Origin: Synechococcales cyanobacterium VAR_4_metabat_354 | GTDB lineage: Bacteria > Cyanobacteriota > Cyanobacteriia > Cyanobacteriales > Chamaesiphonaceae | Assembly: GCA_031414775.1 (NCBI GenBank) | Contig: JANOQI010000026.1 | Coordinates: 39,271 to 103,270, forward strand | Length of the DNA: 64,000 nucleotides | Reading direction: 5' to 3' | Shown: positions 41,081 to 52,141 of the stretch, piece by piece | Numbering within the stretch: position 1 is the stretch's first letter | How the letters are laid out: the number at the start of each line of letters is the position of its first letter | The notes under the pieces: generated by a model | What the model saw: only the letters and a program-made list of their open reading frames with translations | Told to the model about the DNA's origin: nothing | The model's database searches: none | Translations under genes and position numbers: made by a program

Positions 41081-42337
41081 ATGTTGATTGTGAAAGATAA
41101 AATTACTTCATCAACTATCCACCTCCAGGATTTTTTGCGCCAACTGCAAAAGGTGAAAAATCATTTTTTTAGTGGTAGCTTAATTGTTCATTTGCACAAT
41201 AGCAGTAGCTGTTTGGTATTTAACTTTTACTTGGGCAGGTTGAACTGGAGTGGGAGCAGTTTTAAACAGTTTGATTGTTGGCGGCGACATCTAGGTGCAA
41301 TTTTCACACAGGTTTCTGGAGTAGAAATTAATGCATTGGCCTCTGTTTATCAGCAAGAGTTAGTATCATCAACCCTAGTTAGTTTGTTAGCAAAACAAAA
41401 AATCGGTCGTAAGCAGTTACATGACATTATTGTTACTATATTTGAAGAGAATTTGTTTGATGCTATTCAATTTGCTTCTATTGGTGATACATCTTTTCAC
41501 TATCAGTGGATTGCTAGTAATGAGCAAGCTAAAGCCTTAGCACAAGCTCTACCTTTATTACCAATCAAGCCGCATGTCATGAGTGCTTTTGAAAAATGGC
41601 AGTTATGGCAAGGTCGGGGTTTTGGCAATTTTTATGCAAATTTACCAATACAAGTTATCGACTTAGAACAGGCAGCTGAGTTGACTTTGACTGAAAAGCA
41701 GCAAAAATTATTACCATTTTTGCTAGAGGGCTATAATCTTCGCACCTTAGCAAATTCTTTGCGTCAACCAGCACACAGTCTGGCCGAAACCTTACTACCT
41801 TTAATTAGAAATGAAGTAGTTAATCTAGTTCATCCTGAACCTGAAAACATTAAAATATCTACTAGCATTCCTAACTCGTTAGACGCAGCCGATTTACTAG
41901 AAGATAAGAATTTTACTTTCTTGTTTCCTGCTACTAATATTGCTGAAGATATTCCTGCAGATGAAAACCCATTGATATTTTGTATTGATGATAGTGAAGT
42001 GGTTCACCACCGATTACGCCACATTTTGACTCCTTATAAATATCAGGTGATGGGTATTCAAGATTCCACCCAAGCTATTCCCGCTTTAATTAAAGCTAAA
42101 CCAAATCTCATTTTTCTCGATTTGATTATGCCAATCGCTAATGGCTATGAAATTTGTGCCCAAATTCGGCGGACTCCTTCTCTGGCTAAGGTACCAGTGA
42201 TAATTCTTACTGGTAAAGATGGTTTAATTGATAAATTGCGGGCGAAAATGGTAGGCTCCAATGATTTTATGACGAAGCCGATTGAACCTGAATCTGTTTT
42301 GAAAATGCTATTTTATCATTTGCCAGTCAAGCAATAG
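41081..42337 (+). CDS. PatA-type response regulator (PATAN + REC), copy 1
   Basis: FYLGRLNW PATAN-like N-terminus; CIDDS, LIFLDLIMPIANGYEIC and GKDGLIDKLRAKMVG motifs. Confidence 0.88.
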   Translation: MLIVKDKITSSTIHLQDFLRQLQKVKNHFFSGSLIVHLHNSSSCLVFNFYLGRLNWSGSSFKQFDCWRRHLGAIFTQVSGVEINALASVYQQELVSSTLVSLLAKQKIGRKQLHDIIVTIFEENLFDAIQFASIGDTSFHYQWIASNEQAKALAQALPLLPIKPHVMSAFEKWQLWQGRGFGNFYANLPIQVIDLEQAAELTLTEKQQKLLPFLLEGYNLRTLANSLRQPAHSLAETLLPLIRNEVVNLVHPEPENIKISTSIPNSLDAADLLEDKNFTFLFPATNIAEDIPADENPLIFCIDDSEVVHHRLRHILTPYKYQVMGIQDSTQAIPALIKAKPNLIFLDLIMPIANGYEICAQIRRTPSLAKVPVIILTGKDGLIDKLRAKMVGSNDFMTKPIEPESVLKMLFYHLPVKQ

Positions 42338-42340
42338 TGG

Positions 42341-42370
42341 TGGTGGCCAACTCTGGCCACTGCATTTTTT
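42341..42370 (+). terminator. Terminator-like hairpin between the two PatA genes
   Basis: GTGGCCA-ACTC-TGGCCAC followed by TGCATTTTTT. Confidence 0.5.
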
Positions 42371-42470
42371 GCTAAAATGATAGCTTCTATTCAAAATCAG
42401 GGAACGATGTGTATGGCAATGAAGATACCGCTCAATACTATTTAGTTAGGTAATCACTGAGGCTTACTCT

Positions 42471-43688
42471 ATGAGTGCAGGTTCGACTGAGATCGCAAAT
42501 AAGGTAGGAGTAGATCTGAAAGGGGTTATTAGTGAAATTCAGCGGCTGCGAGTAGCAAGCTTCACTGGTAAATTAATCATTAAATCGGTAGATGATAATT
42601 TTTGTTTTGCTGTCGTTTTCCGATTAGGAAGATTAACTTGGCTGAGTAGCAACGTCGATCCATCTAAATATTGGCGACGACAACTAATTAAATATCAACC
42701 AGATCTACCCCAAAATTGGTTGAACATAGTTTCTGATGAAAAAGACCCTTGGGCAAGTGCTGCGGAGCTAGCCGATTCGATGATTGAAGGGTCGATCGAT
42801 CGCCAGCAATTAACCGCCGCTCTTACCGCAGTAGCAGTCGAAGTATTCTTTGATTTAATTCAGCTGAGTAAGCTGCTGAACACTCCATTTTCATGTATCA
42901 GCACTGCCTATGGTGAGCAAGAGCAAACTAATGAAGGTGGTGAAGATCTGGAAAGTAGTCGATCGATTGTGTTTTTACCAATGATCGAAGTTGAGCAATT
43001 GCTAAAAATGGCTATCCAAAATTGGCAAGAATGGCAGACAGTGCACTCCACGGCTTTCTCTCCTAATCTTTTCCCCGTTGTCCAGAAACCAGAACTGATT
43101 GCGGCTTGGCCGGAAAGCCTCAAAAAAGAAATTTTTGTTTCGCTCAATGGCTCCGAAACGATTCGAGACATTGCTAGTCGTTGTGGTCAACCACTGCTAG
43201 GACTTTCTAATGCCCTGCTCCAGCTGTTGCCATCTGGTACTATCGCACTATTCAAGTTTCCTCGATCGCCTCAATCCACTGCACCGGCCACCCCGGCAGT
43301 AGTGAAGAAAGGCGTGACCATTGCTTGTATTGATGACAGTCCACTGGTTTATCAGAGCCTGAAGAAAATCTTGGAGGAAAATGGCTATGACTGCTATGGC
43401 ATCCAAGAACCCCTAACAATCATGCCTAAACTGATTAGAAATAAACCGGATTTTATTTTTCTGGATTTGCTCATGCCGATTGTCAATGGCTATGAAGTAT
43501 GCGGCCAAATTCGCAAAACCCCCAGCCTGAGAGACATTCCGGTAGTGATTTTGACTGGTAAAGATGGTTTGGTCGATCGGATGCGATCAAAATTGGTTGG
43601 CTCCACGGATTTTATGTCCAAGCCGGTGTCCACCGAGAGCGTATTAAAAATGTTGGAAAAGTATTTACCTATTAGGAGTCATTCATGA
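42471..43688 (+). CDS. PatA-type response regulator (PixG-like), copy 2
   Basis: FRLGRLTW; IACIDDSP, FIFLDLLMPIVNGYEVC and DGLVDRMRSKLVG motifs; ATGA overlap with cheY. Confidence 0.88.
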   Translation: MSAGSTEIANKVGVDLKGVISEIQRLRVASFTGKLIIKSVDDNFCFAVVFRLGRLTWLSSNVDPSKYWRRQLIKYQPDLPQNWLNIVSDEKDPWASAAELADSMIEGSIDRQQLTAALTAVAVEVFFDLIQLSKLLNTPFSCISTAYGEQEQTNEGGEDLESSRSIVFLPMIEVEQLLKMAIQNWQEWQTVHSTAFSPNLFPVVQKPELIAAWPESLKKEIFVSLNGSETIRDIASRCGQPLLGLSNALLQLLPSGTIALFKFPRSPQSTAPATPAVVKKGVTIACIDDSPLVYQSLKKILEENGYDCYGIQEPLTIMPKLIRNKPDFIFLDLLMPIVNGYEVCGQIRKTPSLRDIPVVILTGKDGLVDRMRSKLVGSTDFMSKPVSTESVLKMLEKYLPIRSHS

Positions 43689-44053
43689 GTCAGGTTTTAA
43701 TTGTCGAAGACAGCAAAACTGAGATGGAAAAACTCAAGCGCTGTCTGGAAAAGGGCGGCTATTCGGTGTTGGGTGTGACTAGTGGCGAAGAAGCCGAAAT
43801 CCGTCTCAAACAGCAAAAGCCGGCCTTGATCTTACTAGATGTGATTTTGCCTGGGGAAAGTGGTTTTGAACTCTGCCGCAAGCTGAAAGATGATGTGGCT
43901 ACTCAATCAATTCCGATCGTGATTTATTCTACTAAAGATAAAGAGATCGATCGCACTTGGGGCACCATGAGCGGTGCGGATGCCTACTTAAGTAAATCAG
44001 TTGATGAGCAAGTTTTAATCCAAACCGTTAGCCAGTTAATCAAGCTCCTATGA
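43685..44053 (+). CDS. CheY-like response regulator (PixH-like)
   Basis: Single REC: VLIVEDS, LILLDVILPGESGFELCR, ADAYLSK. Confidence 0.9.
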   Translation: MSQVLIVEDSKTEMEKLKRCLEKGGYSVLGVTSGEEAEIRLKQQKPALILLDVILPGESGFELCRKLKDDVATQSIPIVIYSTKDKEIDRTWGTMSGADAYLSKSVDEQVLIQTVSQLIKLL

Positions 44054-44565
44054 ATTCTTCAGCACTTCAACGAGGCCGCTCCCAGGAACAGCAATCAGCG
44101 GCGGGCATGTTGCAGACCGCTGTTGGTGAAAGGTTTTTGGGCTTGATTTTTCAAGCGGATGTCTCTGCTCTTTTGCCCCTAGGCAATCTTCAGGGAGCGG
44201 TCGAGATTCAGCCTCAAGAAATTTTGCCTGTGCCGCAAATGCCAGCCTATTTATTGGGAATAATAAACTGGCGGGGCAAGTCTACTTGGGTCGCAGATCT
44301 GACATATCTGATGGGTGGGAGCTACTTAATACCTACTCCTCAATCTAAGGTGTTGATGGTGCAGTCTGGGGCTAATACTATTGGTCTACTCGTCGATCGC
44401 ACGCTCTCCATTGTTAACTATGATACAACTTTAGCTTTGCCTTTAGATGAAAGCTTATTTCCATCACCAATGCAGTTATTTTTGAGCGGCTACTTCCTCG
44501 ATGACCAGCATCAAATGTGGGTACTAATTGATTTACCCCGGATCTTTCAAATGATGAATCTTTAA
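44050..44565 (+). CDS. CheW-like adaptor (PixI-like)
   Basis: ILPVPQMP..LLGIINWRG and GLLVD motifs. Confidence 0.88.
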   Translation: MNSSALQRGRSQEQQSAAGMLQTAVGERFLGLIFQADVSALLPLGNLQGAVEIQPQEILPVPQMPAYLLGIINWRGKSTWVADLTYLMGGSYLIPTPQSKVLMVQSGANTIGLLVDRTLSIVNYDTTLALPLDESLFPSPMQLFLSGYFLDDQHQMWVLIDLPRIFQMMNL

Positions 44566-44609
44566 ATCTTTATTGCCAACTACCAACTAATCGGAGTGTC
44601 AACTAACCA

Positions 44610-47600
44610 ATGTTTAAAAATAAAAACAACGCCCCTACTGAACAACAAGAAGCAGTTATTAACATTGATGCCCAAATACAGGTAGCTAAGGATTATGATC
44701 GTTCAGTACCACTAAATAACATTGCTAACGTGAACAACGTCACCCAGTCACAAATCCACGCGATCGTCACTAAAATTCGTCAGGCATCAACAACAGAGGC
44801 TGCTCTGAACAATGCCGTTAGTGAACTTCAGGCAATTTTGGCTGCCGATCGGGTACTGGTTTGTCAGGCGATCGATACTCAGGCGGGCAAAATATTAGCA
44901 GAAGTTGTACGCAGTGGTTATACCCCAAGCTTAGGTGCCGAAATAGCCCTCATGGGATTTGGTGCAGCCACCTTGGCCGAATATTCTTGGCAGCGTTATA
45001 TCCAAGTAGAGTGTGATACTGCCTACGTTTCCCCCTACCAGAAACAATTGCTGGACACGTTACAAGTCCGATCGCAAATTACCTTTCCCATTTTGCTGAG
45101 TGCTTATTCGAGTATTAGTAATGGCTATGAAATGCAAGAAACTTGGGGTTTGCTCTGCATTCAGCAGTGTAGCAAGAGCCGGACATGGACAGAAGGTGAA
45201 ATCAATTTTCTAGCTCAAATTTCCCTTGAACTGACTTTGGCTATTCAACCGAGTTTGCCCCTATTGCAACTAGTCCAAAATCGCGATCCACTGAATACGA
45301 TCGATCTAGAGGCTCGGCATCTGATGCAAAATCTGTCCGACCAAATTCGGGCAACTTTTCAGGCTGATCGGGTGATGGTTTATGCCTTTAATCCTGACTG
45401 GAGTGGCAACGTCGTAGTAGAGTCTGTGGACGTAAACTGGCCAAAAGCGGAAACTTCGCTCAATTGGGACTATACCATCACTGAAAATAACTATAAACCT
45501 TACTATGCAGTTAATGATATTGAAACCAAAGGTTTAGCCCAGGCCTTGTTAGATGTTTTAGCTCCTCTTAAAGTACGTGCTTATCTAGTAGTCCCGATTG
45601 TTTATAACGGTTCTTTATTGGGTTTGGTGGGTGTTTACCAAAATTCTGGCCCGCGCAACTGGCAAAAACAAGAATTAGAAGCCCTGCAAGGGTTTGCCAC
45701 TCGTTTTCACGCTCCTTTGCAACAAACTGTGTATCAACGCCATCAAAAGTTTCAAGCAGCTCAGATGAATGTCCGTTTTCAGCGGGAGCGCGGCTTGACT
45801 AAAATACAAGAGCGGATCCGGCTGGCGAAAAACGAGCAAGCGGTGTTCCAATTAGCGACCCAAGAAAGCCGTAAATTATTGGGTGTCGAACGGGTCGTGA
45901 TTTATCAATTTGCGCCCGATTTTAGCGGCTCTTTTATTTCCGACTCGGCAGTGGCGGGTTTGACCCCTATGCGAGAAATCATTCCCATGATTCAAGATAC
46001 CCATCTGCAACGTACTGCCGGTGGCCGTTATAAAGATGGTGGTTGCCTAGCGATCGATGATATTTACTTATCAGGACATGAACCTTGTCACATCCAGCTA
46101 TTAGAGCAAATGGAAGCACGGGCTTATTCGATCGCCCCGATATTTGGTGCCGATAAGCAATTGTGGGGATTGCTGGCGATGTATTACAGCACCAAGCCCT
46201 ACAAATGGCGGGAAGATGAAGTGGAATGCTTACGTCAGGTTGGTTTGCAGGTGGGGATTGCTATGGAGCAATTAGACTATGTGAATAAATTGAAAGTTCG
46301 CGCCGAGCAACAGCAGACGATTAATAAAATCACCGATCGCATCCGCCAGACCTTAGAAATTGATGGCATTTTTCAAAGTGTCACGCAAGAAATCCGCACT
46401 GCCCTGCAAGCTGATCGCTGTGTTATCTATCAGTTCAACGAGGATTGGAGTGGTCAAATAGTCGCCGAAGCTGTGAGTGGGGGTTGGATGTCAATTTTGG
46501 TGGAGCAGGATAAAGATAGCGCTTTGACTCGCAACCTGACCCAAAATGAAGTTTGTGTAACACGCCGTTGGGGTGCCAGAGATAATCCCGAAGCTGATAC
46601 CTACCTGAAAGAAACTGCTGGTGGAGGCTATGTAAAGGGTCAGAAGTTTACAGTGGTGAACAATATCTATGCTCAGGATTTTTCAGAGTGTTACATCAAC
46701 TTTCTGGAAAGGTATCAAGCTAAAGCTTATATCACTGTCCCGGTTTTCCAAGACGAGAAGCTCTGGGGCTTATTGGCGGTGTATCAAAATGATGCCCCTC
46801 GCCAATGGCAAGCCAGTGATACTGAGCTGATGACTCAAATTGCTAGCCAACTGGCCGTGGCCGTGCAACTGGCGAACTATGTGGAACGAGTGGAAAGCCA
46901 GGAAAAAGAATTGGCTGCATCGCTCCATCGGGAACGCTCTGCCCGCGAAAACCTCGAACAGGAGGCGATCCGCGTGCTCATGGCCTTAGAACCGTCCTTC
47001 CGGGGTGATTTAACCATTCGCGCTCCTTTATCTGAGAGCGAAATTGGAACAATCGCCGATGGTTACAACACCACTATTCAGAGCTTGCGTTCCTTGGTGC
47101 GACAAGTACAGGTTGCGGCTGCGAGCATGAGTGAAACTTCTAGCCATAACAATGGTTTGGTCGAGAATCTGGCTGACCAAGCCCAACGGGAGATCGATCG
47201 ACTAGATTCCGCCCTGACTCAGGTGAAATTATTAGCTAGTTCCTCTGAAGAAGTGGCCAATTTTGCTGGTCAGATTGACCTAGCGGTAAAAGCGGCTAAT
47301 AACACCGTCCAAGATGGCGATCGACTGATGGAAAAAACCGTAAACGAAATTCTAGAAATTCGTTCGACTGTTTCGGAAACTGGTAAAAAAGTCAAACGCT
47401 TGGGTGAAACCTTCCAGAAAATTTCTAAAGTAGTGAGCTTGGTCGAAAACTTTGCCACCCAAACCAACTTACTGGCTCTCAACGCGGCGATCGAAGCCAC
47501 TAGAGCTGGTGAATATGGTAGAGGTTTTGCGGTGGTAGCTGATGAAGTGCGTTCTTTGGCTCACCAGTCGGCCAATGCTACTACTGAAATCAGCCGCTTG

Positions 47601-47939
47601 GTCGATGAAATTCGGTCTGGTACTAACGAAGTAACAGAAGCGATGGAAGTAGGAATTGCTCAGGTAGTACAAGGTACCCAAATGGTGAACGATACTCGCC
47701 AGAGTCTGAGCGAGATTGTAATTGCGACTAGTGAAATTGGGGAGTTAGTGCAGTCAATTACCAAGGCGGCCAATAATCAAAACCAAGAATCTTTAAAACT
47801 GACCTTGGTGATGAATGATGTGGCGGAGATCGTGATCAACACGGCGGATAGTGCTAATCAGCTCTCCGAATCCTTCAAGCAATTGCTGACTACCTCCAGT
47901 AGTTTGCAAACTAGTGTCAGCCGCTTCAAGGTGGACTAG
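44610..47939 (+). CDS. Soluble methyl-accepting phototaxis receptor with 4 GAF domains (PixJ/PtxD-like cyanobacteriochrome)
   Basis: Four DRV/ERV-type GAF starts; DTHLQ..GGRY..PCH and DTYLKET.GG..ECY bilin motifs; [34 protein letters not shown] domain; no TM seen. Confidence 0.92.
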   Translation: MFKNKNNAPTEQQEAVINIDAQIQVAKDYDRSVPLNNIANVNNVTQSQIHAIVTKIRQASTTEAALNNAVSELQAILAADRVLVCQAIDTQAGKILAEVVRSGYTPSLGAEIALMGFGAATLAEYSWQRYIQVECDTAYVSPYQKQLLDTLQVRSQITFPILLSAYSSISNGYEMQETWGLLCIQQCSKSRTWTEGEINFLAQISLELTLAIQPSLPLLQLVQNRDPLNTIDLEARHLMQNLSDQIRATFQADRVMVYAFNPDWSGNVVVESVDVNWPKAETSLNWDYTITENNYKPYYAVNDIETKGLAQALLDVLAPLKVRAYLVVPIVYNGSLLGLVGVYQNSGPRNWQKQELEALQGFATRFHAPLQQTVYQRHQKFQAAQMNVRFQRERGLTKIQERIRLAKNEQAVFQLATQESRKLLGVERVVIYQFAPDFSGSFISDSAVAGLTPMREIIPMIQDTHLQRTAGGRYKDGGCLAIDDIYLSGHEPCHIQLLEQMEARAYSIAPIFGADKQLWGLLAMYYSTKPYKWREDEVECLRQVGLQVGIAMEQLDYVNKLKVRAEQQQTINKITDRIRQTLEIDGIFQSVTQEIRTALQADRCVIYQFNEDWSGQIVAEAVSGGWMSILVEQDKDSALTRNLTQNEVCVTRRWGARDNPEADTYLKETAGGGYVKGQKFTVVNNIYAQDFSECYINFLERYQAKAYITVPVFQDEKLWGLLAVYQNDAPRQWQASDTELMTQIASQLAVAVQLANYVERVESQEKELAASLHRERSARENLEQEAIRVLMALEPSFRGDLTIRAPLSESEIGTIADGYNTTIQSLRSLVRQVQVAAASMSETSSHNNGLVENLADQAQREIDRLDSALTQVKLLASSSEEVANFAGQIDLAVKAANNTVQDGDRLMEKTVNEILEIRSTVSETGKKVKRLGETFQKISKVVSLVENFATQTNLLALNAAIEATRAGEYGRGFAVVADEVRSLAHQSANATTEISRLVDEIRSGTNEVTEAMEVGIAQVVQGTQMVNDTRQSLSEIVIATSEIGELVQSITKAANNQNQESLKLTLVMNDVAEIVINTADSANQLSESFKQLLTTSSSLQTSVSRFKVD

Positions 47940-47952
47940 ATAGTCGATCGTT

Positions 47953-47980
47953 AGCGTTGTAGCTTAGTGGCTACAACGCT
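47953..47980 (+). other. Strong intergenic stem-loop between the MCP and CheA genes
   Basis: AGCGTTGTAGCT-TAGT-GGCTACAACGCT, 12-bp stem. Confidence 0.65.
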
Positions 47981-48028
47981 GTTCGCTACCTGTTTTCAGA
48001 TCCCAGTGCTCACTAACAATAATCTACT

Positions 48029-51000
48029 ATGACCAACTTACAGTTTGAAGAATCCCTCGATCGATATTTTGCGATCGAATCGGAAGAACTTATCCAAACA
48101 ATCGAACAGACCTTGGTCAGTTTGCTAGAAGAAAAAACCATAGAACGGGTACATACCCTGATGCGGGCAGCTCATACGATCAAGGGTGGAGCTGCAAACT
48201 GTGGTTTGAAAACGATCGAAACCATTGCCCATCATCTAGAAGATGTCTTTCAGGCTCTTTACCCCGAAGAACTAGAAATTGATGATGAGTTGGGTGCTTT
48301 GTTGCTGGAAGGCTACGAGGTGCTATATACACCTCTATCAGCGATTCTTTCTGGCTACGAATGCGATGAAGAGCAAGTTCTGGCGCAAACTGCCGACCTA
48401 TTTGCGCGGTTGCAAGCCAAGCTGGGTGACTTCTTTGGGCGGGAAGCACCTCTCCCCACCGCCAAAGATTTGGGATTTGATGTGGTTGGTCTGATTTTTG
48501 GTGATAGCGTGCCCGAGGATCTTAATCAGTTAGCTACCAGCTTGGCCACTGGTGATACAGCTCGCATTCGCCAGACTATCGTTACCCAGTGCGAATTTTT
48601 TACGGAGCTGGGTGCTTCCTATGCTCTACCGGGAATTGAGGAAATTGCCAAGACGACCTTACTGGCGATCGAACTACATCCCGATCATATCGCAGCGATT
48701 GGTCAAGCAGCTTTGGCTAATTTACAAGCCGCCAGAACCGAAATTTTAGCTGGCGATCGAGAACAAGGTGGCCAGGTCTCAGCCCAGTTGAGACAGTGGA
48801 TAACCGATCAGCCAGCCATTGGTGCGCCGATGGTGCCTACTATTAGCATGACCAATGCTATGCCTACTGACACTTTCACTGGATTCACCTCCACAGTTGA
48901 GCAGAGTGATGCTGAAGATTTATTTAACCTGCTAAGTGAAAAGTCAGTAGATAGTGATGCCGAAGATTTGCTTGATTTGATCAATGCCCAGGCTGTAGAG
49001 CACGAAGCTGAAGATTTACTGGACTTGTTGGGTGGAAAATCAATAGATAATGATGCCGAAGATTTGCTGGACTTGTTAGGTGAAAAATCAGTAGATAATG
49101 ATGCTGAAGATTTGCTTGACCTGATCGATGCCCAGGCTGTAGAGCATGAAGCTGAATATGGTTTACTTGATGACGACGCCGTTACTAGTGCAGGCACTGC
49201 AACACCGCCAGCGGAAATTGTTCATGATTTGATTAGTGCTGAATTCATTGATGTGGATGTTATTGAGTCACCAGCACTAAACACTGTTCCGGCTGTGACT
49301 AAATCTGATGCGTTGGCCTGGCTGTCCCCTGAAAACTCATTCAATTCACTAGAGTTACAGAATCAACCAAATCAGTTATCACCGATCGATCGAATTCTGC
49401 AATCGATTTCGACACATATCCCCGAAGTCCAACCGCCCCCAGCGCCTCCCGCACCCCCTACGCCTAACGCTGCTACTCCCACTATTCGGGTGGCGATCGA
49501 TCGTCTAGATCGCTTAAGCCATGCAGTAGGCGAGCTGCTGATTGATGAAAATCAACATAACTCCCGTGCCGAAAAAATTTATCGTCTGAACAAAGAAGCG
49601 ATTGCCGAACTTGATCGTGCCCACTATCAGCTGGGTCAAATTCGGGACTGGTCAGATCAAAATCTGTTGTATACCGATCGGTCTAAAACAGCCGCTCGGC
49701 CAACGGTGCAGAACTCGCCACTTCCCTTAGTAAATAACCAGAATGGCTTTGATGTTCTGGAAATGGATGTGTACAGCGATTTACATATCCTGATCCAAAA
49801 ACTCTCTGACCATATGGACAAATTGGGTGAGCGCTTAGAGGAGTTAGAAGCATCGACCGAGAAGCTGCAAGCCCGTCAGAGCAAGCGCAAACAAATTTTT
49901 ACTGTTGCTCAAGACGAATTATTACAAGCTCGGATGGAGCCGATCTCGACCGTCTTCGACAGGTTTCCTCGGCTAGTGCAGCAGATGGTTTCTAAGCACA
50001 AAAAGCCTGCCGAATTGCTATTGGGTGGCACCACGGTTTTGGTGGATAAGACCACCGCTGATAAGCTCTATGATCCATTACTGCATCTCATTCGAAACTC
50101 CTATGATCATGGCTTGGAGGCAGCAGAAACTCGCACCCAAAAAGGTAAACGTCCCACTGGTCAGATCGTAGTTAGCGCTCACCACCATGGCAACCGCACT
50201 ACAATCGAAGTTCGGGATGATGGCGGTGGCTTGGACTTCGATCGAATCCGCCAAAAAGGTATTGAGCGCCAGCTGCTAACTGCCACTCAGGCTCAGATCG
50301 CCAGTGAATCGCAGTTAGCTGATTTGTTGTTCCACCCCGGTTTTTCGACAGCTGATAAGGTCAGTGAATTATCAGGGCGGGGCATCGGTTTAGATGTAGT
50401 GCGGACGCAGGTCGAAGCCCTCGGTGGCTCTATTGCTGTCCAGTCAGTTGCTAGTCAAGGAACTACCTTTAGCCTGCAAATCCCGCTAAACTTTACGACA
50501 GCTCGGCTACTGATCTGTGAGGTACGAGGCCAAACCTATGGGGTGCTTTCTGATGCGTTAAGCAAAGTGGTGATTCCACCACCAGAACAGCTTCAGTATC
50601 AAACAACAGCGACGCAAGGTACCCAGATTTTCTATCGCTACACTGCTGATGGCAGTGAGCAATTAATGGCTGTGCAAGGGATGGCCGATCTACTCAACTA
50701 CAATTGTTCAGTGCCTTCAGTTTTCTCGGATTCTGGAAAATTTGCTTTGCTGATCGTGCAAATCGCTGGTCAAAAGTTTTGCTTGGCTGTCGATCGCATT
50801 GTGAATGAGCAAGAGCTGGCTATTTCGCCGCTAGGGAATGATTTTGCTCTTCCCAGTTATGTCCAAGGCTATAGTACTCTCAGCGAAGGTAATCTTACCC
50901 TAGCGATCGATCCAGTGGAACTCTTAAAACATTCCCGCACCAGTTCATCCATTAGCAGTTCCTTGGCGACTCCTTCCGTTGCTCGTGCCACATCAACACC

Positions 51001-51463
51001 AACAAGTCAGTCGCAGTTGCCACCGTCTAATGAATTAGTCATTGAGGCCGAATTGCTACCGCATCACTCTACTGCTAATAACCAAATTACAGTACTGGTC
51101 GTCGATGACTCTTTGGTACAACGGCAAAGCTTACTTCGCACCCTTTCGGGAGCCGGTTATCAAGTTTTACAAGCCGCCAATGGCCAAGAGGCACTGGTGC
51201 AACTCAACCAACATCCCGAAATTCAGGTAGTAGTATGTGATATCGAAATGCCCTATATGAATGGATTTGAATTCTTGAGCTACTGTCGTCAAGATGCCCG
51301 CCTTTCCCGCATTCCAACCATTATGCTCACTACTCGGAGTGGGGCTAAGCATCGCCAACTCGCGCTTGCCCTCGGTGCCAAAGCCTACACCACTAAACCT
51401 CATGCCGACCAAGAATTGCTAGCGGCGGTGGAAAATATTCTCCAAGCTCCTGCTTTTGTCTAG
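48029..51463 (+). CDS. CheA-like hybrid histidine kinase (Hpt-dimer-HATPase-CheW-REC; PixL-like)
   Basis: LMRAAHTIKGG, HLIRNSYDHG, DDGGG, GFSTA..SGRGIGLDVV and a C-terminal REC (CDIEMP). Confidence 0.93.
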   Translation: MTNLQFEESLDRYFAIESEELIQTIEQTLVSLLEEKTIERVHTLMRAAHTIKGGAANCGLKTIETIAHHLEDVFQALYPEELEIDDELGALLLEGYEVLYTPLSAILSGYECDEEQVLAQTADLFARLQAKLGDFFGREAPLPTAKDLGFDVVGLIFGDSVPEDLNQLATSLATGDTARIRQTIVTQCEFFTELGASYALPGIEEIAKTTLLAIELHPDHIAAIGQAALANLQAARTEILAGDREQGGQVSAQLRQWITDQPAIGAPMVPTISMTNAMPTDTFTGFTSTVEQSDAEDLFNLLSEKSVDSDAEDLLDLINAQAVEHEAEDLLDLLGGKSIDNDAEDLLDLLGEKSVDNDAEDLLDLIDAQAVEHEAEYGLLDDDAVTSAGTATPPAEIVHDLISAEFIDVDVIESPALNTVPAVTKSDALAWLSPENSFNSLELQNQPNQLSPIDRILQSISTHIPEVQPPPAPPAPPTPNAATPTIRVAIDRLDRLSHAVGELLIDENQHNSRAEKIYRLNKEAIAELDRAHYQLGQIRDWSDQNLLYTDRSKTAARPTVQNSPLPLVNNQNGFDVLEMDVYSDLHILIQKLSDHMDKLGERLEELEASTEKLQARQSKRKQIFTVAQDELLQARMEPISTVFDRFPRLVQQMVSKHKKPAELLLGGTTVLVDKTTADKLYDPLLHLIRNSYDHGLEAAETRTQKGKRPTGQIVVSAHHHGNRTTIEVRDDGGGLDFDRIRQKGIERQLLTATQAQIASESQLADLLFHPGFSTADKVSELSGRGIGLDVVRTQVEALGGSIAVQSVASQGTTFSLQIPLNFTTARLLICEVRGQTYGVLSDALSKVVIPPPEQLQYQTTATQGTQIFYRYTADGSEQLMAVQGMADLLNYNCSVPSVFSDSGKFALLIVQIAGQKFCLAVDRIVNEQELAISPLGNDFALPSYVQGYSTLSEGNLTLAIDPVELLKHSRTSSSISSSLATPSVARATSTPTSQSQLPPSNELVIEAELLPHHSTANNQITVLVVDDSLVQRQSLLRTLSGAGYQVLQAANGQEALVQLNQHPEIQVVVCDIEMPYMNGFEFLSYCRQDARLSRIPTIMLTTRSGAKHRQLALALGAKAYTTKPHADQELLAAVENILQAPAFV
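48905..49160 (+). repeat. In-frame 48-bp tandem repeat (~5.3 units) in the CheA linker
   Basis: Units start at 48905, 48953, 49001, 49049, 49097 and 49145, encoding [SNH][DE]AEDLLDL[LI]xx[KQ][SA][VI][DE]. Confidence 0.9.
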
Positions 51464-51489
51464 TCTGACCTACCCCTTTTTATATCATC

Positions 51490-52056
51490 ATGCTTCCCAT
51501 TGCCCGTCACCGCCTATCAAGTAGTAGTAATAGTAGTAACGACTACTTACCAGTGATGGTATTTCCGATCTTTCAGCCCCAAGAATCAGTGTCAGATTAT
51601 CTGTTTGCCCTGCCTGTGGAAGCTGTGATCAAGGTGATGGAATGCCCCGCTAATTTGGCTGGTTTTAATCAAGGCATTAGTATGATTTCTATTGCTAATC
51701 AAATGATTACCGTGATTGATCTTTGTTATCGGTTGATGCCAGAACGCACTGTTATTCCGGCTGATCGCCGGTTTTTAATGCTGGTGCAAACTCATTCTGC
51801 CGAACCTTTTGCCATTCCGGTTGCTAATTTTCCGGTGTTGCTGCATTTACCGGTCACTGCCGCCCAATCTATTCCAGCGGCTTATCGGCAGGTCAATAGG
51901 ATCGGCTTTGCCAGCCACATGGCTACTATCGACCAAGAATCTGGAAAACCTCCTGCTCAAGTGTTTTTAATGGGGATGAACCATCTGTTGATACAAAAAC
52001 TGGCGTTGCTGGTCGATCGACATCATTCTCCAGAATTGAGTGAAGTTTTAAGTTAA
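51490..52056 (+). CDS. Second CheW-like protein
   Basis: LFALPVEAVIKV, ITVIDL and IPAAYRQ motifs; follows CheA. Confidence 0.72.
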   Translation: MLPIARHRLSSSSNSSNDYLPVMVFPIFQPQESVSDYLFALPVEAVIKVMECPANLAGFNQGISMISIANQMITVIDLCYRLMPERTVIPADRRFLMLVQTHSAEPFAIPVANFPVLLHLPVTAAQSIPAAYRQVNRIGFASHMATIDQESGKPPAQVFLMGMNHLLIQKLALLVDRHHSPELSEVLS

Positions 52057-52141
52057 GCCATCGGCAAGCTGTTAAGCTTTTCTAGCCCTAGATCTATCAA
52101 CTATTGACACAATTTTCTCTGACTAAATATAAGAAGTTTTC

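Noticed and set aside
42446..42453. SigF promoter for the taxis operon
   Set aside because: AGGTAA only partly matches GGGTAA, and there is no TSS information.
48905..49160. CRISPR array
   Set aside because: The units are contiguous, in frame, synonymous-diverged and lack unique spacers; there are no cas genes.
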